A DNA stretch of 64,000 bases from Escherichia phage 235Ecol030PP: the sequence record PP355091.1; one strand, 5' to 3'. The notes under the pieces are model-generated. The model had not been told where the DNA came from. It ran no database searches and was given only the letters and a program-made list of their open reading frames with translations. The first letter of the stretch is position 1. The number at the start of each line of letters is the position of its first letter. The position numbers and the translations under genes are program-made. Shown here piece by piece: positions 10,172 to 20,516 of this stretch.

Positions 10172-10569
10172 TATACTCTATTACTGGAAGCCAGTTGCAG
10201 TTTTATCTGCTCAATATCATCAGGGTTATCGATGACCGAAAAGCGTATTTCTACTATCAGAGTATAATCATCATAAACTGGTATCACATTAACTGATAAT
10301 TTATCAATACGTGGCTCATAGTTTCTTACTGCGCTTTCAATATTGCGCTCAACTGTGTCAGCAGTAAGAGGAGTCATATTTTCAAAAAGCTGGTCTGATA
10401 AATCACATCCAAATTCAGGGTCAAACGGTCTTGAACCTTTTCTTGTTGTAATAATTCCCAAAAGACTGTTTTTAATTGACCTTAATCCAAGTGATCTTGA
10501 AACGTCTTTGTTCCAATCCATTTTCATTTCCGGGTCAATATCAGAATAAAGCTTATTAATATTTGCCAT
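10171..10569 (-). CDS. 25: Baseplate wedge protein gp25
   Basis: 132 aa, T4 length; ATG overlaps the gp26 stop. Confidence 0.85.
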   Translation of the reverse strand: MANINKLYSDIDPEMKMDWNKDVSRSLGLRSIKNSLLGIITTRKGSRPFDPEFGCDLSDQLFENMTPLTADTVERNIESAVRNYEPRIDKLSVNVIPVYDDYTLIVEIRFSVIDNPDDIEQIKLQLASSNRV

Positions 10570-11195
10570 TATAGTAACTCAAAGAACTCTTTGAGACCTC
10601 TTATTACGTGAGCATGGGTTTTTCCACACTCTGGACATTTAATTGGAACAGCCAAATAAACGGTAGGCTTTAAAAGCATATCTTTTATAGCTACAATATC
10701 TGACTCTGTGATGATAGAATATAAATCTTCTAGTTCCTTTTCATTTAAGTCTTCAACTGGAATGCTTTCCCCGTTAGCATGAATCGTTTCTATGCATGAT
10801 ACTATCATGTGGGCTATATTTTTATCATCAAAAATTTTAGGGTATCGGAATTTAATTTTAATGTCACCCAGTGTATACCAGAGGTCTTCTGGTGCATCTA
10901 TTTGTGTATGTAATAGATTTATATGGGTTGGTATTTCAGTTCCACAGGTGCACTTCCAGGAGTTTTCGTGATTAACTTCGCCGAGAGAATGTGCCCATAA
11001 ATGAATCAGCAGTAGTTCTGATTCTTGGCGGTTTAAATCTTTTGCATTTGTGCAGTCTTTGATTAGCTTTTTAACAATTACTTCTACAGAACCATTATTT
11101 TTGGCAGTAATAAGTTCTAGATATTCTTTAAGCGTGAATGCGCGACAATTGATTATTTTAGAACCAACTCTCACATCAAATTTGTATTCATACAT
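10569..11195 (-). CDS. 26: Baseplate hub protein gp26
   Basis: 208 aa, T4 length and position. Confidence 0.8.
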   Translation of the reverse strand: MYEYKFDVRVGSKIINCRAFTLKEYLELITAKNNGSVEVIVKKLIKDCTNAKDLNRQESELLLIHLWAHSLGEVNHENSWKCTCGTEIPTHINLLHTQIDAPEDLWYTLGDIKIKFRYPKIFDDKNIAHMIVSCIETIHANGESIPVEDLNEKELEDLYSIITESDIVAIKDMLLKPTVYLAVPIKCPECGKTHAHVIRGLKEFFELL

Positions 11196-11216
11196 ATTTA
11201 GCTCCTTTATTTATCA

Positions 11217-11224
11217 TATTTATA
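11217..11224 (-). promoter_or_regulatory. Late promoter TATAAATA (- strand) for gene 26
   Basis: + strand tatttata; 22 nt upstream of the gp26 ATG, AGGAG Shine-Dalgarno between. Confidence 0.55.
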
Positions 11225-11228
11225 AATA
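11221..11228 (+). promoter_or_regulatory. Late promoter TATAAATA (+ strand) for gene 51
   Basis: Exact TATAAATA 18 nt upstream of the gp51 ATG; overlaps the divergent gene 26 promoter by 4 bp. Confidence 0.55.
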
Positions 11229-11245
11229 GAATAAAAGGAGCATCT

Positions 11246-11995
11246 ATGGCAAACATTATTCGTTGTAAATTACCAGATGGTGTTCATCGTTTTAAACCAT
11301 TTACGGTAGAAGATTATCGAGATTTTTTGTTAGTTCGAAACGATATAGAACATCGGTCACCACAAGAACAAAAAGAAATAATTACTGATTTAATTGATGA
11401 TTATTTTGGAGACTATCCGAAGACTTGGCAACCATTTATATTTTTGCAGGTATTTGTAGGGTCAATAGGTAAAACTAAAGTACCGGTCACATTTATATGT
11501 CCAAAATGTAAAAAAGAAAAGACAGTTCCATTTGAAATATATCAAAAAGAATTAAAGGAACCTGTTTTTGATGTAGCTAATGTTAAAATTAAATTAAAGT
11601 TTCCTTCTGAGTTTTATGAAAATAAAGCAAAGATGATTACTGAAAATATTCATTCTGTTCAAGTAGATGAAATTTGGTATGATTGGAAGGAAATTAGCGA
11701 ATCAAGTCAAATAGAACTTGTTGATGCCATCGAGATAGAAACATTAGAAAAAATTCTCGATGCAATGAATCCTATTAATTTAACTCTACATATGTCATGC
11801 TGTAATAAGTATGTAAAAAAATACACTGATATAGTAGATGTGTTTAAGCTATTAGTTAACCCAGATGAGATATTTACTTTTTATCAAATTAATCACACAC
11901 TCGTAAAAAGTAATTATAGCTTAAATTCAATAATGAAAATGATTCCTGCTGAGCGCGGATTCGTATTAAAACTGATTGAGAAGGATAAACAATAA
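11246..11995 (+). CDS. 51: Baseplate hub assembly protein gp51
   Basis: 249 aa, T4 length and position. Confidence 0.8.
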   Translation: MANIIRCKLPDGVHRFKPFTVEDYRDFLLVRNDIEHRSPQEQKEIITDLIDDYFGDYPKTWQPFIFLQVFVGSIGKTKVPVTFICPKCKKEKTVPFEIYQKELKEPVFDVANVKIKLKFPSEFYENKAKMITENIHSVQVDEIWYDWKEISESSQIELVDAIEIETLEKILDAMNPINLTLHMSCCNKYVKKYTDIVDVFKLLVNPDEIFTFYQINHTLVKSNYSLNSIMKMIPAERGFVLKLIEKDKQ

Positions 11996-13170
11996 TGAGT
12001 ATGTTGCAACGCCCCGGATATCCAAATCTCAGCGTTAAATTATTTGATAGCTACGACGCTTGGAGTAATAATAGATTTGTTGAATTAGCTGCTACTATTA
12101 CCACATTAACTATGCGGGATTCTCTTTATGGCCGAAATGAAGGAATGCTGCAGTTTTATGATTCTAAAAACATCCATACAAAAATGGATGGAAATGAAAT
12201 AATTCAGATTTCTGTAGCTAATGCAAATGATATTAATAATGTTAAAACACGAATTTATGGATGTAAGCATTTTTCCGTGTCAGTAGATTCAAAAGGTGAT
12301 AACATCATTGCTATTGAATTGGGAACTATTCATTCTATAGAAAATCTTAAATTTGGTAGACCATTTTTCCCTGATGCAGGTGAATCTATAAAAGAAATGC
12401 TTGGCGTCATTTATCAAGACCGCACATTATTAACTCCAGCAATAAATGCTATAAATGCTTATGTTCCTGATATTCCATGGACTAGTACATTTGAAAATTA
12501 TTTGTCCTATGTAAGAGAAGTTGCTCTAGCTGTAGGAAGTGACAAATTTGTATTTGTATGGCAAGACATCATGGGAGTTAACATGATGGACTATGATATG
12601 ATGATAAATCAAGAACCATATCCAATGATTGTCGGTGAGCCATCTTTAATAGGTCAATTTGTCCAAGAATTAAAATACCCATTAGCATATGATTTCGTTT
12701 GGTTGACTAAATCGAATCCTCACAAACGTGACCCAATGAAAAATGCTACTATCTATGCTCATTCATTTTTAGATTCTTCATTGCCAATGATTACTACGGG
12801 AAAGGGCGAAAACTCTATTGTAGTGTCAAGGTCAGGTGCTTATTCTGAAATGACTTATAGGAATGGATATGAAGAAGCTATTCGTCTTCAAACTATGGCA
12901 CAATATGACGGTTATGCTAAATGTTCTACTGTCGGTAATTTTAACTTGACTCCTGGTGTTAAAATTATTTTTAATGATAGTAAAAACCAATTTAAAACAG
13001 AATTTTACGTTGATGAAGTTATCCATGAATTATCCAATAATAATTCAGTAACTCATCTATATATGTTCACTAATGCAACGAAACTGGAAACAATAGACCC
13101 AGTTAAGGTTAAAAATGAATTTAAATCTGATACTACCACTGAAGAAAGTAGTTCTTCCAATAAGCAATAA
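11995..13170 (+). CDS. 27: Baseplate hub protein gp27
   Basis: 391 aa, T4 length. Confidence 0.85.
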   Translation: MSMLQRPGYPNLSVKLFDSYDAWSNNRFVELAATITTLTMRDSLYGRNEGMLQFYDSKNIHTKMDGNEIIQISVANANDINNVKTRIYGCKHFSVSVDSKGDNIIAIELGTIHSIENLKFGRPFFPDAGESIKEMLGVIYQDRTLLTPAINAINAYVPDIPWTSTFENYLSYVREVALAVGSDKFVFVWQDIMGVNMMDYDMMINQEPYPMIVGEPSLIGQFVQELKYPLAYDFVWLTKSNPHKRDPMKNATIYAHSFLDSSLPMITTGKGENSIVVSRSGAYSEMTYRNGYEEAIRLQTMAQYDGYAKCSTVGNFNLTPGVKIIFNDSKNQFKTEFYVDEVIHELSNNNSVTHLYMFTNATKLETIDPVKVKNEFKSDTTTEESSSSNKQ

Positions 13171-13648
13171 AGAAGTTTCTATTCCTAAAATGGGTCTTAA
13201 ACATTATAACATTTTAAAGGATGTTAAAGGTCCTGATGAAAATTTAAAACTTCTTATTGATTCTATATGTCCGAATTTGTCACCAGCAGAAGTTGATTTC
13301 GTTTCTATTCATTTATTGGAATTTAATGGAAAGATTAAATCTCGTAAAGAAATAGATGGCTATACTTATGACATTAATGATGTTTATGTATGCCAAAGAT
13401 TGGAATTTCAATACCAAGGAAATACATTTTATTTTAGACCTCCTGGAAAATTTGAACAATTTTTAACGGTGAGCGATATGTTATCTAAATGCTTGCTTAA
13501 GGTCAACGATGAAGTTAAAGAAATTAATTTTCTTGAGATGCCAGCATTCGTTTTAAAATGGGCAAATGATATTTTTACAACTTTAGCAATTCCTGGCCCT
13601 AATGGTCCAATAACTGGAATTGGCAATATTATTGGATTATTTGAATGA
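13115..13648 (+). CDS. 28: Baseplate hub distal subunit gp28
   Basis: 177 aa, T4 length; overlaps the gp27 3' end. Confidence 0.75.
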   Translation: MNLNLILPLKKVVLPISNKEVSIPKMGLKHYNILKDVKGPDENLKLLIDSICPNLSPAEVDFVSIHLLEFNGKIKSRKEIDGYTYDINDVYVCQRLEFQYQGNTFYFRPPGKFEQFLTVSDMLSKCLLKVNDEVKEINFLEMPAFVLKWANDIFTTLAIPGPNGPITGIGNIIGLFE

Positions 13649-15417
13649 AAAAGCCACAAGAAATGCAAACGATGCGTAGAAAAGTTATTTCAGATAATAA
13701 ACCAACACAGGAAGCGGCTAAATCCGCTTCCAATACTTTATCTGGACTTAATGATATATCTACGAAATTGGATGATGCTCAAGCTGCTTCTGAATTAATA
13801 GCTCAAACTGTCGAAGAAAAATCGAATGAAATAGTTGGAGCAATTGGTAACGTAGAAAGCGCAGTGAGTGATACTACTGCCGGTTCTGAGTTAATTGCTG
13901 AAACTGTCGAAATTGGCAATAATATTAATAAAGAAATCGGTGAATCACTCGGAAGCAAATTAGATAAATTAACGAGTTTATTAGAACAAAAAATTCAGAC
14001 AGCTGGAATTCAACAAACAGGAACCAGTTTAGCCACAGTTGAAAGCGCTATTCCTGTTAAAGTCGTTGAGGATGATACTGCTGAATCTGTGGGTCCTTTA
14101 TTACCGGCTCCCGAAGCAGTTAATAATGATCCTGACGCTGATTTTTTCCCTACCCCTCAACCAGTTGAACCCAAACAAGAATCGCCAGAAGAAAAACAGA
14201 AAAAAGAAGCATTTAACTTAAAATTATCTCAAGCTTTAGATAAATTAACAAAGACTGTTGATTTTGGATTTAAGAAATCCATTTCAATTAGTGATAAAAT
14301 ATCAAGCATGTTATTTAAGTACACCATAAGTGCTGCTATTGAAGCTGCTAAAATGACTGCAATGATATTGGCTGTTGTTGTTGGAATAGACCTTTTGATG
14401 GTTCATTTTAAATACTGGTCAGATAAATTTTCAAAAGCCTGGGATTTATTTAATACTGACTTTACTAAATTCTCTAGCGAAACCGGAACATGGGGTCCTT
14501 TATTACAGAGCATCTTTAGTTCTATTGATGAAATTAAAAAATTCTGGGAAGCGGGAGATTGGGGTGGATTGACAGTAGCTATTGTTGAAGGGCTTGGAAA
14601 GGTTCTTTATAATTTAGGAGAACTTATTCAATTAGGTATGGCTAAATTATCTGCTGCAATTCTTCGAGTCATTCCTGGCATGAAGGATACTGCTGATGAA
14701 GTAGAAGGAAGAGCACTAGAAAATTTCCAAAATTCTACTGGAGCATCTCTCAATAAAGAAGACCAGGAAAAAGTTGCAAATTATCAAGATAAACGAATGA
14801 ACGGAGACCTTGGTCCGATAGCAAAAGGATTAGATAAAATTGCTAATTGGAAAACTCGTGCATCTAATTGGATTCGTGGTGTAGATAATAAAGAAGCACT
14901 AACTACCGACGAAGAGCGTGCAGCAGAAGAAGAAAAATTAAAGCAGCTTTCACCGGAAGAAAGAAAAAATGCTTTAATGAAGGCTAATGAAGCCCGTGCC
15001 GCAATGATTCGCTTTGAAAAATATGCTGATTCAGCTGATATGAGTAAAGACTCAACGGTTAAATCAGTTGAAACTGCCTATGAAGACCTTAAAAAACGGA
15101 TGGATGACCCGGATTTAAACAATTCACCGGCAGTTAAAAAAGAACTTGCTGCTAGATTTTCTAAAATTGATGCTACTTATCAAGAGCTCAAGAAAAATCA
15201 GCCTAATGCCAAACCTGAAACTTCTGCTAAATCGCCAGAAGCGAAACAGGTCCAGGTTATTGAAAAGAACAAAGCACAGCAAGCTCCTGTTCAGCAAGCA
15301 TCTCCTTCAATCAATAATACTAATAATGTTATTAAGAAAAATACTGTCGTTCATAATATGACACCCGTAACGAGCACAACTGCTCCTGGTGTATTTGGCG
15401 CGACTGGAGTTAATTAA
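13645..15417 (+). CDS. 29: Tail tape-measure / baseplate hub protein gp29
   Basis: 590 aa, T4 length; coiled-coil rich. Confidence 0.85.
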   Translation: MKKPQEMQTMRRKVISDNKPTQEAAKSASNTLSGLNDISTKLDDAQAASELIAQTVEEKSNEIVGAIGNVESAVSDTTAGSELIAETVEIGNNINKEIGESLGSKLDKLTSLLEQKIQTAGIQQTGTSLATVESAIPVKVVEDDTAESVGPLLPAPEAVNNDPDADFFPTPQPVEPKQESPEEKQKKEAFNLKLSQALDKLTKTVDFGFKKSISISDKISSMLFKYTISAAIEAAKMTAMILAVVVGIDLLMVHFKYWSDKFSKAWDLFNTDFTKFSSETGTWGPLLQSIFSSIDEIKKFWEAGDWGGLTVAIVEGLGKVLYNLGELIQLGMAKLSAAILRVIPGMKDTADEVEGRALENFQNSTGASLNKEDQEKVANYQDKRMNGDLGPIAKGLDKIANWKTRASNWIRGVDNKEALTTDEERAAEEEKLKQLSPEERKNALMKANEARAAMIRFEKYADSADMSKDSTVKSVETAYEDLKKRMDDPDLNNSPAVKKELAARFSKIDATYQELKKNQPNAKPETSAKSPEAKQVQVIEKNKAQQAPVQQASPSINNTNNVIKKNTVVHNMTPVTSTTAPGVFGATGVN

Positions 15418-15425
15418 GGAATAAT

Positions 15426-16520
15426 ATGGCAATTGTTAAAGAAATAACTGCTGATTTAATTAAAAAGTCCGGTGAGAAAATTTCAGCTGGACAGAGTACT
15501 AAATCAGAAGTAGGAACTAAAACATACACAGCCCAGTTTCCAACTGGGCGTGCTAGTGGTAATGACACTACAGGGGACTTCCAGGTAACAGATCTATATA
15601 AGAATGGATTATTATTTACTGCATACAATATGTCATCTAGGGATTCTGGAAGTCTTAGATCGATGAGATCTAACTACTCTTCTTCATCTTCGAGTATTTT
15701 ACGTACAGCCAAAAACACTATTAGTAGTACAGTATCAAAACTATCAAATGGATTAATATCAAATAATAATTCAGGAACAATAAGTAAAGCTCCTATCGCA
15801 AACATTCTTTTACCGAGATCTAAATCTGATGTTGATACATCAACACATAGATTTAATGATGTTCAAGAAAGCCTTATCAGTAGAGGCGGAGGTACTGCTA
15901 CTGGTGTGCTAAGTAATATTGCTTCAACCGCAGTATTTGGGGCACTGGAAAGTATAACACAAGGTATAATGGCTGATAATAATGAACAGATTTATACGAC
16001 AGCCAGAAGTATGTATGGTGGTGCTGAAAATAGAACTAAAGTGTTTACATGGGATTTAACTCCACGTTCAACAGAAGATTTAATGGCTATTATTAATATC
16101 TATCAATATTTTAACTATTTTTCTTACGGTGAAACGGGTAAATCTCAATATGCTGCTGAAATAAAGGGGTATTTAGATGATTGGTATCGTTCTACGTTAA
16201 TTGAACCTTTATCTCCGGAAGACGCAGCTAAAAATAAAACACTATTTGAGAAAATGACATCGAGTTTAACTAACGTTCTAGTAGTTTCAAACCCGACAGT
16301 TTGGATGGTGAAAAACTTTGGCGCAACATCTAAGTTTGATGGAAAAACGGAAATATTTGGTCCATGCCAAATACAGAGCATCAGATTTGATAAAACACCT
16401 AATGGTAACTTTAACGGATTAGCTATTGCTCCAAACCTCCCTAGTACATTTACTCTCGAGATTACTATGAGAGAAATTATCACGTTAAACCGTGCTTCTT
16501 TATATGCGGGGACTTTTTAA
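15426..16520 (+). CDS. 48: Baseplate-tail tube junction protein gp48
   Basis: 364 aa, T4 length. Confidence 0.85.
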   Translation: MAIVKEITADLIKKSGEKISAGQSTKSEVGTKTYTAQFPTGRASGNDTTGDFQVTDLYKNGLLFTAYNMSSRDSGSLRSMRSNYSSSSSSILRTAKNTISSTVSKLSNGLISNNNSGTISKAPIANILLPRSKSDVDTSTHRFNDVQESLISRGGGTATGVLSNIASTAVFGALESITQGIMADNNEQIYTTARSMYGGAENRTKVFTWDLTPRSTEDLMAIINIYQYFNYFSYGETGKSQYAAEIKGYLDDWYRSTLIEPLSPEDAAKNKTLFEKMTSSLTNVLVVSNPTVWMVKNFGATSKFDGKTEIFGPCQIQSIRFDKTPNGNFNGLAIAPNLPSTFTLEITMREIITLNRASLYAGTF

Positions 16521-17485
16521 TGTATTCTTTAGAGGAATTTAATAATCAAGCAATAAACGCAGATTTCCAACGTAATAATATGTTTAGCTGCGTTTTTGCA
16601 ACAACTCCATCAACTAAAAGCTCTTCGTTGATAAGTTCAATTAGCAACTTTTCTTATAATAACTTGGGCCTAAATTCAAATTGGTTAGGATTAACTCAAG
16701 GTGATATTAATCAGGGAATTACCACGCTAATTACAGCTGGCACACAAAAACTGATAAGAAAATCAAGGGTTAGTAAATATCTTATTGGTGCCATGAGTCA
16801 ACGCACAGTTCAAAGTTTATTAGGCTCATTTACAGTTGGTACATATTTAATTGACTTCTTTAACATGGCATATAACTCATCTGGATTGATGATATACTCT
16901 GTAAAAATGCCAGAGAATAGATTATCCTATGAAACTGACTGGAACTATAATTCTCCTAATATTCGTATAACTGGGAGAGAATTAGACCCTTTGGTTATTT
17001 CATTTAGAATGGATTCAGAAGCTTGTAACTATCGTGCAATGCAAGACTGGGTTAACGCTGTTCAAGACCCAGTAACTGGACTGCGTGCTTTGCCACAAGA
17101 TGTCGAGGCAGATATTCAGGTTAATCTTCATTCTCGTAATGGATTGCCTCATACTGCGGTGATGTTCACCGGATGCATTCCAATATCAGTGAGCGCTCCT
17201 GAGCTATCATATGATGGAGATAACCAAATAACTACATTTGATGTTACTTTTGCGTACAGAGTGATGCAGGCTGGAGCAGTTGATAGGCAAGCTGCGCTTG
17301 AATGGCTTGAATCTGCTGCTATAAATGGTATTCAAAGCGTTCTCGGAAATAGTGGAGGTGTTACTGGACTATCTAATTCGCTTTCACGACTCAGTAGATT
17401 AGGTGGAACTGCAGGAAGCATTTCAAACATTAATACTATGACAGGAATTGTCAATTCGCAAAGTAAAATATTAGGAGCAATATAA
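16520..17485 (+). CDS. 54: Baseplate-tail tube initiator gp54
   Basis: 321 aa, T4 position. Confidence 0.85.
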   Translation: MYSLEEFNNQAINADFQRNNMFSCVFATTPSTKSSSLISSISNFSYNNLGLNSNWLGLTQGDINQGITTLITAGTQKLIRKSRVSKYLIGAMSQRTVQSLLGSFTVGTYLIDFFNMAYNSSGLMIYSVKMPENRLSYETDWNYNSPNIRITGRELDPLVISFRMDSEACNYRAMQDWVNAVQDPVTGLRALPQDVEADIQVNLHSRNGLPHTAVMFTGCIPISVSAPELSYDGDNQITTFDVTFAYRVMQAGAVDRQAALEWLESAAINGIQSVLGNSGGVTGLSNSLSRLSRLGGTAGSISNINTMTGIVNSQSKILGAI

Positions 17486-17489
17486 CAAT

Positions 17490-17520
17490 GGGGACCTTTC
17501 GGTCCCCATATTTTTATTTA
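17490..17520 (+). terminator. Intrinsic terminator after gene 54
   Basis: ggggacc-tttc-ggtcccc then atatttttattta. Confidence 0.7.
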
Positions 17521-17804
17521 CGGAATGAAATGAAAGCAGCAACTGAAGCAACTAAACTGTCTTCAATATAAACTTCAATTTTTACCGGAGCTTCTGACTC
17601 AAATTTACCTGTTACTACACCCTGAAAAATACTTTCAGTCTGTTCTGGCTTTGAAAAATTTTCAGAAGGAAAAATTCCAAACTTTTTATCTGTTCCGAAA
17701 ATTTTGATAAATTCATCATAAACCGCTTCGTTAAAAGCATTATCAGCAGGAATAACGCCTTCAACTACAAGTTCTTGACCTAAAAAGCGTAAAGAAGATT
17801 TCAT
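17514..17804 (-). CDS. Hypothetical protein (position of a T4 alt-upstream ORF)
   Basis: 96 aa ORF preceded by early promoter cassette and GAGGA Shine-Dalgarno. Confidence 0.5.
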   Translation of the reverse strand: MKSSLRFLGQELVVEGVIPADNAFNEAVYDEFIKIFGTDKKFGIFPSENFSKPEQTESIFQGVVTGKFESEAPVKIEVYIEDSLVASVAAFISFRK

Positions 17805-17835
17805 TTTGTGTTCCTCATGTTATGTCAGTAAGACT

Positions 17836-17865
17836 ACTATAACACAACACGAGGGACTTGTAAAC
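17836..17865 (-). promoter_or_regulatory. Early (sigma70-type) promoter for the 17514..17804 ORF
   Basis: - strand GTTTACA, 17-18 nt spacer, TATAGT; promoter plus leader nearly identical to the alc upstream region. Confidence 0.5.
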
Positions 17866-17879
17866 TACATTTTGAACTT

Positions 17880-18222
17880 TTTAGTACGCGTAATAGGCAT
17901 GCGTCGATTTTATACTGTTTCATTGTTTGAAGAGCAGTATCAAAACAGCATTAATGACACCAATTGGATTTCCACCCAAGTTTTTAAGCTTAACTAATGA
18001 TAGTTTCTCATTAACACCTATCATTACGATATGCATCATTTTGTCGCCTGGTTTAACGTTTTATCTGTATCACCGCCAGAGGTGTATGTACAAAATCTAA
18101 ATCCAGGAAGCACGCTTTCTTCGCCGGCTTGAATAGCAAAAATTTGAGGTATTTTATGCTTAGGATTTAAGTTAACAACCGGCGCCGAAGCGCCGTCAAA
18201 TAATTATGTAATAAGTTCCATG
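17880..18222 (-). pseudogene. Decayed duplicate of the alt 5' end (about first 100 codons)
   Basis: - strand translates MELIT*LFDGASAPVVNLNPKHKIPQIFAIQAGEESVLPGFRFCTYTSGGDTDK..., homologous to the Alt N-terminus but with stop at codon 6 and a later frameshift. Confidence 0.55.
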
Positions 18223-18224
18223 AT

Positions 18225-20276
18225 TTATCCTTGAACGAACTTGTAAGGCATGTTTGCAATATCTATGCAAGACGCAATAATTCCAAGAGATGATTCTACT
18301 TTCTGTTTAACATTTGATGAAACAAATGATGCAAAGTCAACTCTATCTTCTATATCACCTGTCATTGTAACCAATTCACCAGTTTCCATTAAATGGTCTC
18401 CGTCATAGATTACCGATTCGGTGAGTTCTTCTGTGGTCATAACTTCAGCTTGAATAAGCTTGTTGTTAGTTCTAACTGTTCCATCGTTGTAAGATGCATC
18501 GGTTATTTTATTAACTTTGACCATTAATCCACGTGGCAAAATGACTTCCATTTCATTTGAAGGCGCTAAACTTCCACCGGGTAAAACAACATTGACCTTA
18601 TCAGCCCCAGTAATAACCCATCCAATTCCAACTAAATTATCGCTAGAATTTACTAGTCCTTCATCAGTTTTATCAATAGAAACACTTAGACGCTTTTCGT
18701 CTGGTAAAACACCTATAGATGAATCAGTCATCCAAGTACCAAAAATATTTGGATATAATGATGTTGACACAAAGTTTCTAAAATAAAAAACTCGATTTTT
18801 TACCATTGCTTCATATATTGAAGGTAACATTCGTTGTGAACGATACAAAGTAATACCTTTTGGTAATCGTTCACCATTTTTAAAGGCTGAATCTAAATTA
18901 TCAATGGCTTGTTCTATTTCAGGTGCTGTTAAAATACTTGTACGCTCATCTGGATTATATAATCCCAAAAGAGCATTATTTATGTCTACATATCCTGAAC
19001 CTACATATTCACGAATTCCGCGTTTTTGCGCTGGCGTGTATTTAGATGAATCTTTATTTTCGACTATAGGATGTAATGACCATCCAGCGGTAAGAGCATA
19101 TCCACGTAATTCTCTTCGAATAATCTTTGTTTTTATTGCATTCCAAGAATTTTGTACTAACTCATTTGCAGCATCTTGGTTTAAATGCGAATGTCTGTTA
19201 ATATTTCTTTCAAACCAGGCACCTTTATATTTTTCTAAAGTATCATCGACGATAGAAGCAATAGTTTCTAAAGTTTTTATTGAAGTAATAGATTCTTTTC
19301 GTAATTTTTCTAAAGCTTTATTTTTTATTTCTGCATTAATAATGGATTCTTTATCTTCAGGAATTATAGAAGCTTCTCTGAATGCCATCCCAGCTGTAAC
19401 ACTGCTAAGAGCATTCTCTAGTGCAAATCCTGAAGTAGAAATTACCGTTAATTCATTAGAATCAGAAATTAAAGGCGCGTCCGCTGGTTTATTTAATTCT
19501 GCCGCTGAAGCCTCAAATTTTTGAAACATCGGTGTTTCAAATCTAGAAGATTCCAATGACTGACTTTGTGCAATTGCTCTACGGGAAATTTTAACTTTAA
19601 CGATTACAGCTTGGTCAGAACGTTTATCATTTTCTTGCGCAATAGATGCTGCAATTGCCTCATTTTTAGTTACTTGGGCTCCAGTATCTTTATTGATATA
19701 AACATCACCGACCTTCGATTCAACTTTAGTAAAGAGCTCGGTACTAATTTCCGGAACTCCTGGAATGTCTTCTAGTGATACATTTTTGCGATGTATAAGA
19801 ATATATGCATACTTTTTATCATAATCCCAGAGTTCCTTAAGAAGGACGTATCTGCCACCTGAACGACTACGGATAAGTCTATCAGCAATAACTTGAATTT
19901 GTCGAGCTTGACCAGCGGTTTTAGACTTAAGAATACGAAGCATACAGGCATCAATTTTATACTGACGCATCGTTTGCATTGCAACAGTAAAAACTGAATT
20001 GATATAATTAATTGGGCTTGGACCAAGACCTTTCAATTTAGCAATTGAACCTTTAGCGGTTAATGTAAAAGGAACAATATGCATCATTTTATCGCCCATC
20101 TTTAAATCACGATTAGTATCACCTCCAGATGTATAGGTACATAAACGAAAGCCTGGTTGTTCAATTGCGTCATCAACATGAACTGAAAAAATTTGCGGTA
20201 TTTTCTTCTTTGGATTTAAGTTTGTAATCGGAAGAGTAGTATCTTCGTCAAATAATTCTGTAATTAGTTCCATCAT
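18225..20276 (-). CDS. alt: Alt ADP-ribosyltransferase (packaged internal head protein)
   Basis: 683 aa (T4 Alt 682 aa); position after gene 54. Confidence 0.9.
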   Translation of the reverse strand: MMELITELFDEDTTLPITNLNPKKKIPQIFSVHVDDAIEQPGFRLCTYTSGGDTNRDLKMGDKMMHIVPFTLTAKGSIAKLKGLGPSPINYINSVFTVAMQTMRQYKIDACMLRILKSKTAGQARQIQVIADRLIRSRSGGRYVLLKELWDYDKKYAYILIHRKNVSLEDIPGVPEISTELFTKVESKVGDVYINKDTGAQVTKNEAIAASIAQENDKRSDQAVIVKVKISRRAIAQSQSLESSRFETPMFQKFEASAAELNKPADAPLISDSNELTVISTSGFALENALSSVTAGMAFREASIIPEDKESIINAEIKNKALEKLRKESITSIKTLETIASIVDDTLEKYKGAWFERNINRHSHLNQDAANELVQNSWNAIKTKIIRRELRGYALTAGWSLHPIVENKDSSKYTPAQKRGIREYVGSGYVDINNALLGLYNPDERTSILTAPEIEQAIDNLDSAFKNGERLPKGITLYRSQRMLPSIYEAMVKNRVFYFRNFVSTSLYPNIFGTWMTDSSIGVLPDEKRLSVSIDKTDEGLVNSSDNLVGIGWVITGADKVNVVLPGGSLAPSNEMEVILPRGLMVKVNKITDASYNDGTVRTNNKLIQAEVMTTEELTESVIYDGDHLMETGELVTMTGDIEDRVDFASFVSSNVKQKVESSLGIIASCIDIANMPYKFVQG

Positions 20277-20298
20277 ATCCTCTCTAGTGTGTTTATTC

Positions 20299-20306
20299 TA
20301 TTTATA
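20299..20306 (-). promoter_or_regulatory. Late promoter TATAAATA (- strand) for alt
   Basis: + strand tatttata 23 nt upstream of the alt ATG, just downstream of a hairpin. Confidence 0.5.
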
Positions 20307-20313
20307 AAATTAA

Positions 20314-20327
20314 AGGCCCGAAGGCCT
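20314..20327 (-). terminator. UUCG hairpin between the upstream ORF and alt
   Basis: - strand aggcc-ttcg-ggcct followed by AT-rich tract. Confidence 0.45.
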
Positions 20328-20516
20328 TTAGTAATCTAGCGGTAAGAGAGTACGATATATTTCAAACTTTGGTCCTTTTTCATAGGCATCAAATGTTTCT
20401 GTGAATTTATTATAAGCGTATGCATCTACAAATTCGAGAATGACTTGTGATACAGAAGTAGAAACATCTCCACCTTCTTTTTGAGCAATGACAATTGTTT
20501 CTAAGTAAGCTTTCAT
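20328..20516 (-). CDS. Hypothetical protein (position of T4 alt.-1)
   Basis: 62 aa; start overlaps gene 30 stop. Confidence 0.5.
   Translation of the reverse strand: MKAYLETIVIAQKEGGDVSTSVSQVILEFVDAYAYNKFTETFDAYEKGPKFEIYRTLLPLDY

Noticed and set aside
18904-19524. 206 aa ORF on + strand inside alt
   Set aside because: Antisense to the 683 aa Alt frame that matches T4; no independent support.
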